NCBI RefSeq assembly: GCF_006345805.1
Contig: NC_043012.1
Span: 13,702,001 to 13,766,000, forward strand
Source of the DNA: Octopus sinensis
Taxonomy: Eukaryota
Direction: 5' to 3'
Length of the DNA: 64,000 bases
The notes beneath the pieces were generated by a model that worked only from the letters and a program-made list of their open reading frames with translations, did not search any database and was not told the origin of the DNA. The position numbers were made by a program, and so were the translations under genes. Shown here in pieces: positions 52,032-64,000 of this stretch. Every line of letters starts with the position of its first letter. The stretch's first letter is position 1.

Positions 52032-52574
52032 TGTATCATCATCGACCAGTAAATAAAATATATTTTCATGTAGTAAATATATAGATCTTGAATTTATTCT
52101 TCATCTCTTTATGAACTATTGTAATAATATACAAGCAGCCATATCAACACCTTGTACTGACTGTATATTACAACTACTCTATTAGTAAAACGCTTATTAA
52201 TAATTGAAAGAATTGAGTTTACTAAAATACTTTTAATTTGCGTTGCAAAAGACAAAATCAACCATATATTGTTATTAGATAATTCATCATTTCTATTAAA
52301 ACTGGGCGCAATATTGCCTGCTTCATTATTTATAAAGTATATATTTACATTTACTTTTATTATTTTCATTATCAGGTGTAGTTTACTTTATATTCTTCAC
52401 CTTCAAATTATAATCTAGCTTTTAATTTCACATGGTTGAACATACAAGGAAAAGAAGAAGATGAAAAAACCCAGAATATTTGTTTTACACGACTAAACAA
52501 TATATTAGAATCCCCATACCAAAAGTATTATACAATATTATACAAAATAAGATTGTTTTCTTCTAATATAATAA

Positions 52575-53230
52575 CCGTTCTCGCTAACACTTTTCAAAGT
52601 TTGAGTGTGGGATATAATTCGGAGTTAGAGATTTTGTTTGCAAGGAGAGATAATCGGTAACAAAGGTATTTTTCAGTAGAGGGGAGGTAAATCTGTAATT
52701 TCTGATATTGATTTGTATTTGAATCTGATTTATATCAATATCATGTTCAATAGATGGTTAAATTTTTACTTTTCAGTATGGGTTTACATTTAATTCTGGT
52801 TCATATTTTTCTATAAACGAGTCGTACTTGTGCTGAGGTCGAAATGGCAAATTGATATAATGGGATGATTAGCAATTGTTGTTGCAGGTGTTCTGCATAT
52901 CTGTCAAAATGTTCACTGAGATATATCTGGTGATATTGAGGAGATGTCTGTTGTCTGTAGACTGTACATCTTCGTCTCTATGGCAGCCCGAGCATCTGAT
53001 TACAGAATTGAATATAAGTCCATATTGAAACTTAAGGAATTAGACCACCTATTGAATATAATATTGATATTAGCCAGAATCAAATACAAATCAATATTTA
53101 AAATTTACAGACTTAACCCGCTCCTTTACTGAACAATACCTTGGTTACCAATTATCACCCTATTAAACAAAATCTCTAAGTCCGTATTGTATCCAAAACA
53201 CCAACTTTGGAAAGTGTTAACGAAACCGTT
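52575..53230. repeat. Old imperfect fold-back (arms ~52575-52800 / ~53010-53230)
   Basis: E.g. AATATTGATTTGTATTTGA-like and AACACTTT.CAAAG segments recur as reverse complements. Confidence 0.6.
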
Positions 53231-53524
53231 AACTTATCTTGTAACATATTGCATAATATCCTTGCTATGATGATTCTAATATATTCGTTAATCGTGTAAA
53301 ACAAATTTCCTGTGTTTTTTCATCTTCTCTCTTTACTTTTAACTCACACAGACACACACACACACACATATATATATTTATATATATATATATAAACATC
53401 ACTCAAAGACATGTGGATTATATTCAAGGATCTTACTTTTATCATTCAATCTAGTTGATAATATTGCACTGCACGGGGAATATATGGTCCTCAGTTTGTT
53501 GTAAATACTTGTCTACTATATATC

Positions 53525-53657
<133 letters not shown>

Positions 53658-53739
53658 TTTATATATGTATATATGTATGTATATCTTCCTCTATCCATCA
53701 CGCACTTGTGCCTCCCTCTCCCAATTGCAAGCTGAAATT

Positions 53740-54085
53740 CCTCTCTGTATTAGAGCATTTTAACGCAATCCTTAACCCTTAGTTTAGGCTTATGCGCTGG
53801 TCTACTTCTACTTTCCAGCTCACCATACAACAGCTGCTTGGGGAGTCGCTCATCACTCATCCTTACCAAATGTTCCCACCTCAAACGTCTTTGCAATATC
53901 ATTGACTCTATTCTTCTACTGCCACTCCTCTCAAGCACCTCCGCGTTACTAATGGTCATTATCTAGTTCAACCCCCAATTTTTTCTGAGACAGTATTGAT
54001 GATATCGATCCTCCGGTAAACAACACACGCTTCACTTCCATATAGCAAAGATAGGAGGCCGCATGTGTTACATACCTTAACTTTA
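53740..54085 (-). mobile_element. RTE-clade LINE C-terminal fragment
   Basis: ISNAEVLERS...RRLRWEHLVRMSDERLPKQLLYGEL...KPKLRVKDCVK. Confidence 0.85.
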
Positions 54086-56909
54086 ATTTAGAGGTCTAAA
54101 AAGACATGCTAATGGAGGGCATATTGTCGCATTTCTTTCTCCTGTTTGCCAGCACAGTTGTCTAATATGTAATAAAATGTGTAAAAGCTTGGGTGGGCTT
54201 AAAATTAATATAAGGGCATCACATGGCAACAATTATAAATCCTTTCAGTAAGTCTTCTCGGATATGGCTTTTCTTGCGTAACGAGGATGCAGCTATGTCG
54301 TGGTTACTAATGCCTGTTTATTAAACAGCATGACTACCCGTCTGATAAGGGTACACCAGGCACATGCATTACAACCATATGTGCGTGACATGGTGACCTC
54401 ATATAAAGATAAGCAGCACATGACCTTGCATGTGTGGCCCAGTTAGAATTTTCTTCTAGTCGAGTAGCCCATCCCGCTCAAAAGGTCCCTGAATAAGGAT
54501 TGTTTAAAGATGTTGAACGAACCACCCATGTTTCCAAATGTGAATTACCCAAACCTCCAAGAATCCCTTTCAACACACGGTCATGATGCTCTCCCACCAC
54601 TTCTGCTCGTGATCAGAAATGCACATATCGTCAACCACCGAAGGACATGCTCAACTGGTTATGGTCAACAACCGACATGCAAATCTGTGGTACTGAGCAA
54701 TATATTTACTGTAGCCCATCGTTTATACCAAGATATATCTTTTGCTCTTCGAATCCAGGACACATTCCCGTACAAGCTACACCGGTCGACAGGTCTCACA
54801 CTACAGATCCTTGTTCCTTTCTTTTTCTTTTCAACAGTTCACTCAAGAGATGAAATCGTCAACATATTTTGAAAATATGCATCCATGTGAAATATAAATT
54901 ACAAATTTTGGCACAAGGCCAGTCAATGAGGCCGGAGTGGTAAGTCCGATAAATTCGGACCTAGAATTCAAATGGTGTTTTTTTTGTCACCAAACCGAAA
55001 AAATGAAATGCAAAGTCGACCCAGACGGAACTTGAAATCAGAAACAGGAAATGTCGCTAAGTGTTTTGCTCATTGTGCTACGATTGTGTCAGATCACTGA
55101 ATTTATGCAATTAAAATATTAGAAAGAATTGTGTTGTTGCTTTCGCTATGATCTTATTGCTGACAATGATATTTCTTAAACGTTTATTTGTTGAGTCTTC
55201 TGGTTCAATTTTTACAAAGTCTTCAGGTTACTTCCTTTTAAATCAAGCATTTTGGTTTTTGGCATTATTCACTAGCCATGATTTTAAGGTTTTTTTGACA
55301 ACGCACAATCAGCTACACCATGATAAACATCAACTTAACATTGTAAACGTTATTCTACCACTATAGAAAAGTATATTCCAAGGCGAAAATTTGTCTAACT
55401 CCACCACTATAATAAGGACAGGTAATGCAGTGTCCCAAATACATATATTGGCCAAACAGAAGCCAAACATTTAATAATCTGAGAGTGGTGAGCCGAATTC
55501 TTTTCCGCAACATTCATCTATTCATCGCGTCTCTAAATTTTCTTGTACAAGGCAGGCAATATTAGTGAATGGGCTTAGTCGTTTGCATATACCCTAGCTG
55601 AACTGGTATTTTATTTTACCAATGCTTGAGCGACGAAATGCATAGCTGTGCTTGGTGCTAAAGAGCAGGAACAAATACGGCAAGGCATATTTTTCTATAC
55701 TGAACCACTCCGGCGCCTTGAGAACAGAACAAAAAATAACAACAGAAACAAAGGCAACAATAATAATTATTACTAATATTTTATTCGTTATTACATTTTT
55801 ACAGATAAATGGATGTGAGTACAGAAAAAAAACAAAAACTAATAAGTACAAAATTCAAGCAAAAGAAATTCCACAAAAAGTGTTAAACATGAAAATCACA
55901 CAAAGCTAAGTTCAAGTAAATCTTTCCATCTTTCTTTATGAAGCTACAGGCCTATGGACGGATCGAGCCTGTTCTCTTGGAATATCGTTGTCACTCTCAC
56001 CAACCTTTCAATAAATGTTCTAGTACGTAAAGTGGAAATCGTCTGTTTTTAACATTTTCAAATTCGTCCAATACATCACTACTTTAGCGAAAGCCAATGA
56101 GAATGATAAATATTTTGTTTCCTTCCTGATCATTGAGAGGAAGTAGGACAATATTTAAAATAAACCCCATTCATAGGCGAATCCGCGAAACATGTGACAG
56201 CTGTGTTCGGCGCAAATCCACAATTCAGTGAGTCTAGGGCTCTGGACAAAAGTATGTAGCAATATTTCTTGCTCTGCGCGAATCTCCGGCTGGTACTTAG
56301 CTGTAAAGTTTATTTCCTACTGGCAATACCACAGGTCACTTTTGTGTTGCCAGACCAGAGACGCCTGGAGATTATCTATGAACCTTGGCAAAAAATACTT
56401 CCGATCCAGACGAGCTTGTTTATTTTCATCAACAACTACAGTCTATTCGTGGACGACCCATCTAGCTGAAGGCCACGAGTGTTTAACGAAACAAAGGTTG
56501 CCAAATTTTGCTCCGGTTTCGTCATGAGCACGACTACAGCTCACTAAAAATCTGATGAGGTGGTGAAAAAAGAGTCTCTCAAATGGCAACTCCCCATTCT
56601 TGCTGTCAATGACACATTAGTTGCGTTTCTTCAAAAGTACATGATTACGCATTATCACAAGTGACATCCAAGTCCTTCAATTGGGGATTGATTACAACAA
56701 ACGGAACAATTAAACTTTGAAAGACGCCGCCTCCTCAGAAAGTTGACGAGTACACAATCCATCCGTTAAGATGTGATATGTTACAAGACATGATAATAGT
56801 TAATCTATAAAATTTTAGAACAAGGGCAGAATTCTTTTGGGACGTGCTAGAAACAACATCTAAATCTCCATTAAATGATACAAATTTTCGTCTGATAATT
56901 ACCTTGAAA

Positions 56910-57165
56910 TGCCTTATTAATTTAACACACTCACCGGTCAGATTTCCACTTATTTACTTATTATATTTTACTAAAATTTTCTAATACTACTGAAAAGACT
57001 GCAAGTTGCCACGAAAATTTTAGTGAAATAAAATAAGTAAATCAGTGGAAATCAGACCAGTGTGTGTGTTAAATAAATAAGGCACTAAAACATAAAGACC
57101 CCTCCCAGACACAATAAAATATACTTCTCACACGAATTCACATAAAGAATCTTGCAAACCACATA
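56910..57165 (+). mobile_element. Penelope-like terminal fragment with internal inversion (related to 4900-5045)
   Basis: Hairpin TGCCTTATT...AATAAGGCA followed by the CACACGAATTCACATAAAGAATCTTGCAA terminal motif. Confidence 0.5.
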
Positions 57166-57866
57166 CAAAAACGAAATTACCTTAAAATTATAAACAAAAT
57201 CAAATCGCAGATTCAGATTGTTCGTATTTTAAATGTATTGCTGAAAAACACTTTCATAAAACCCAAAATTTTAGGGTTTATGGGGAGCGGGGTAAATGAA
57301 AAATTTTTTTAAATGTCACTGTTTTTCAGTTACGTTTCTTTTTCTGTTTGAAAATTAATGCAGTGCGTGTTATAATGGTGGACGCCGATATTCAAATGGC
57401 AAGACAGCTTCCATCAGTTATAAGTACGTATTGCAAAAAGACAAGATCAAACGGTTAGATAAATACTGAATAAAGGAGAGGAGTTTCAAAATATTCATAA
57501 CGTTTCTTTTCCTTTCATTGTGTCGAAATTGCCTCTCATACAATTAAGTGCATAGTACCAATAAAAAGAAATTAAGAAAATCGCCCCGGAAAAGGGGAAA
57601 GATGTTTCTTGATTTCTCAAAACTTTTCGTTCATGAAAAACTTTCACCATTTCAAATTGTGTGGTGAAAAAAAAATCAATTTATAAACACCCACTAAAAT
57701 TAAAGAATATCCAGCCTATGTGAATGTGCCATTCCGAAAATCCATTACGGTATTCTATTGTGGAAATATTCCGGCAACGATGGGATACTTGGGTAGTATT
57801 GTTATATATTACGAACATTTGTGTATGTACATAGTAGCAATATATATATATATATATAATATATAT

Positions 57867-57919
<53 letters not shown>

Positions 57920-57968
57920 AAACAAGTCAAAAATAGAAAATGCTAAAATAATTTTATAGTGAACATTT

Positions 57969-58006
57969 CAGTACCGGTTTCGGTCATTTTGAGACCTTTT
58001 CAACTG
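57969..58006 (-). ncRNA. Minimal hammerhead motif with compensatory U3-A8 core
   Basis: Minus strand CAG-TTGAAAA-GGTC(TCAAAAT)GACC-GAAA-CCGG-TA-CTG. Confidence 0.6.
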
Positions 58007-58132
58007 TAACGATTAAATAATTAAATTTAGAAAAATTAGAAGAAAAGTTTTTTTAAAAGAATATTTCTATAGTAGTGTTCAGATTTAAGTGGCATTCTGC
58101 CTTTCTCTGACTCCCTGTTTGCACTTGTGTGT

Positions 58133-58175
<43 letters not shown>

Positions 58176-58559
58176 CATGTACGTGTGTGCACGCGCGGGC
58201 GTCTGTGTGTTCGTATTGATCCTTGGCCTGTTCAGAGACGATTTGACACGACTTATGTGCTTCGTTTTTCATACTGGCTTGCATAGCAAAATTTAATTAT
58301 AAACAAGAAGGTAGATTGTACAAAGTTGAGTCACAGAACTTTTTTACAATATATGCCCCATACCGTTAGCAATGTACTGCCAGAATTTAAGTTAAGCTTT
58401 TCCAATGTGTAATGTGAAACAAACTAGACAGATAGTGTTAAATATTGGCAACCACATGTAAAGCAAAGTTTAAATATTTCTGCATATCTGAGAATAAATA
58501 CATTTGTGTATATGAATCTTTAGAATACTGAGTGTTCTTGTAATTTAAAAGGAATAAGT

Positions 58560-61180
<2,621 letters not shown>

Positions 61181-61402
61181 ATACAAAGTAAATCAAGTAA
61201 GTTTCTAGTTTTAGCTGCTTACACCATATATTTTGCGTATTTAAATTAAGCATTTCAAGTGTGTTATATTGAACAACTCTGAATATATATTATCAATTTT
61301 GTGGACCTCGTGGTACTTAAAATGTGAACGTCCCTACACATCTGACAATAACTAAAGTATTATATGTGATTTTCGAGAAAGAATGCAGGATAATATTATA
61401 AT

Positions 61403-62602
61403 TTAAAAATACCCTAAATTTCCAAGACTAAGACAAATAAATGCAGTTGAAAATGATACCGTTATTATAATGATAGATTTTAGAAATATGTCATCAAGTT
61501 GGTTGTAACGGAAAATATATTTTTTCGTTTTTTTTCTTGGCATGTCTTTTTTAAGTACAGAAGGATTGGATTCTTCTTTAGATATTATTGAAATATCTGT
61601 AACTTGATTAATGTGCGAGGACATAGTACTTTGATGCGATTTGATATTATCAGACGACTGATTTACATATAACTTGCTTATAACCACCGAACCAATTGTA
61701 GCGATACCACTTAACAAGGATAATACCATTAAATATAAAACAAGAAGCGAGGGTCTTTTTGAATTTATCGGTATGGTTTTCTCGATTTCAACAAGGTACA
61801 AGACGTTTGATAAAAATATCATCGTACCTAAAGAAACTTTCTCACCAGATTCTGGAGGTAGAACGAAAACGAAGATAGTCAAAATAGTCATCATTATTGT
61901 CGGAATCAACTTAGCAATGGTACTTGAATTCAATTTACGACGTAAGTACATCGTAGCATTTGCGTAGTTGTATTTTTCCTTTATGCCATCTGGGTCGCAA
62001 AACAATGTGATATCCCATTGATAATTGCGTAAAAAGTCTGCTTTACTGCAAAGCAATTTTTTTATTTTTATATGTTGAGGTTCATACGTTGGTATATAAA
62101 TAGAAATATCACACATCTGTTTATCAAAAGGATAACTGTAAGCATTCATTTCACAATCGGCATGCAGTAATATGGCTGACGCCATTTCCACAGATCCATT
62201 GGAATACACAACTACATCCTGACAACTATTTTTATATATTGTTTCCGTTCTTGAGTTGGATAATGTAGTAGACGGGATCCATATCTTATCTTTAGGTAGA
62301 TAGATACGCGTAATATTATTATAGTTTAATGGATTCCATCTCAACAATTCATCCATCCATTGCAGTTCACTCCAAAACCGAGCCTTAAGTATACTGTTTA
62401 CAAAGTCCAAATCATAGAGTTCGTCAAGATATAATTCTGCATTTATATCGACCGATGTAGTTAAATTAATGACAGGTCTTATATGTTTCGTATAATTAGA
62501 TAATAATTTACCGTTCAACCGTAATTCGTCTTCGTACATCGGATCAGTATTTACTATCGACAGAAATATTGTCAGAAACAGAACGAGGTACTGGACAAAC
62601 AT
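61403..62602 (-). CDS. Cephalopod chemotactile receptor (atypical nAChR-like subunit), intronless ORF
   Basis: 399 aa; HIRPVINLT, WMDELLRWNP, Cys-loop CEMNAYSYPFDKQMC, PPESGEKVSL, four TM helices, no vicinal Cys-Cys. Confidence 0.95.
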   Translation of the reverse strand: MFVQYLVLFLTIFLSIVNTDPMYEDELRLNGKLLSNYTKHIRPVINLTTSVDINAELYLDELYDLDFVNSILKARFWSELQWMDELLRWNPLNYNNITRIYLPKDKIWIPSTTLSNSRTETIYKNSCQDVVVYSNGSVEMASAILLHADCEMNAYSYPFDKQMCDISIYIPTYEPQHIKIKKLLCSKADFLRNYQWDITLFCDPDGIKEKYNYANATMYLRRKLNSSTIAKLIPTIMMTILTIFVFVLPPESGEKVSLGTMIFLSNVLYLVEIEKTIPINSKRPSLLVLYLMVLSLLSGIATIGSVVISKLYVNQSSDNIKSHQSTMSSHINQVTDISIISKEESNPSVLKKDMPRKKTKKYIFRYNQLDDIFLKSIIIITVSFSTAFICLSLGNLGYF

Positions 62603-63205
62603 TTTTATTTATAATTATTCTGTAAAGAATATCTGTGAAAATTCAATTTCTTTCATATTTTATCATGAAAAATTAAGAATTTTTGAAAGAATTTGGCTTA
62701 TTTTACTTAATTATCAGATATTAATTTCTATCTCAAAAGCGTGTCATTTGTGTTGTTGAGGAAAATATTACGACTAACATGAAAATTATAGTTTAATACT
62801 AAAATAGAAAAACCACATTGTAAATACAAAATAAATACGCAAACATATATCGGCATGCCTTCTTTTCCACTTAAAAGTATAGACGGATTACCATACAGAT
62901 AAATCGTATTATAGCTAATTCTATTACTTGGAAATTAAGATCAGAATCTGAACAGAACTTTCTGGTGCCGCAGTCATAAACATATAATCAGCATTGCACG
63001 TTATATATCGCATCCAGTGTTTGTGGTAACATATTCATAGGTGTCCTTTTTTAATATGTGCGAAGGTATGGACGCTTTGTATCGGCTACTTCGGTGATGA
63101 TATCCGCATGAAACCGTAAATCGATCTTGTGTATAGTGTTTCAAACGTTCATTTGACTGTAAACAGATGAATCGGCAGCCTAAAAAAAAACAAGGTATTT
63201 GCATG
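62603..63205 (-). promoter_or_regulatory. Conserved upstream block of CR gene 3
   Basis: Paralogous to 45277-45890; GGATTA at 62885-62890, GATATCC at 63099-63105. Confidence 0.7.
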
Positions 63206-63468
63206 ATAATGTTAGGCAGATCAAAGTTTCTACCAAAAATAGTTCTCTGTAAAAATTTTGTGTAGAAACAAAATGTGTAATTACCTTCAAGTTAAATAAC
63301 CAAGTAAAATATCATAGTTCAACGTTATCTTGAAGAGATATAAATATAAAATTTCGAGTTATTAAAAGAAAATGAAAGATTGCGTAAGCTTTCTTATTAT
63401 TTGTATCATGGATATTATGATGTCAAACAATGAAATACACTTCAATGAAAATTTAATCGTTAGATATC

Positions 63469-63511
<43 letters not shown>

Positions 63512-63533
63512 ACACACACACACTCACACACAA

Positions 63534-63582
<49 letters not shown>

Positions 63583-64000
63583 CATAATATTTTTACATTA
63601 TTTACGTTTGGCGGATATTTGTCCTCATCTTGTTTGTTGGTAACAAGAGAACCTGCGTTCTCATTCCTAAGGTATTTTGTTATTACTATTATTTAGGTGA
63701 TGATGTTGCTATTACTATTATTCAGGTCACCCGTGGGCTAATTATGGAGTGAATTTTTAGGGCTTATAAATCTAATATTTTCCTATCCTTCTTTAATACC
63801 AGTTCCCATATGCTATTTATATCTTCACTCGTTCTGCTTAGGAGGTTGTTGTGTCCTAGCATAGGTGCTGCTTCTTTTAGTTTTCGTATTTTCTAGTGGT
63901 GTCCTCTGTTTGTTATTTTAACAGGGGGAGGTGGCCCCATACATGATCAGCTATACCTGATTTACCAATATCGCCTCGTGTCACAGCTTTGCGATGTCCA

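Overview
AT-rich, microsatellite-laden eukaryotic DNA that is almost certainly from an octopus (octopus-type SINEs plus the genes below). The core is a tandem, co-oriented (- strand) cluster of intronless Cys-loop receptor ORFs of the cephalopod chemotactile-receptor (CR, atypical nAChR-like) type. There are three intact ORFs (19262-20461, 44104-45276, 61403-62602) and a fourth, unannotated CR pseudogene (~58560-61180) split by a Penelope-like insertion. The intact genes share positionally conserved upstream motifs. The rest is mobile DNA: Helitron pieces (one carrying a 3.4-kb 23-bp minisatellite), CR1/L2-type, RTE and R4-like LINE remnants, Tc1/mariner remnants, tRNA-SINEs and Penelope-like pieces. 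The most striking unannotated system is a 588-bp tandem array just downstream of the second CR gene, in which every unit carries a minimal type-I hammerhead ribozyme (retrozyme / Penelope pLTR-like, predicted to release 588-nt RNAs that could circularise). Further dispersed hammerhead motifs occur in the window, some with core variants. All homologies were judged by eye; no searches or alignments were run.
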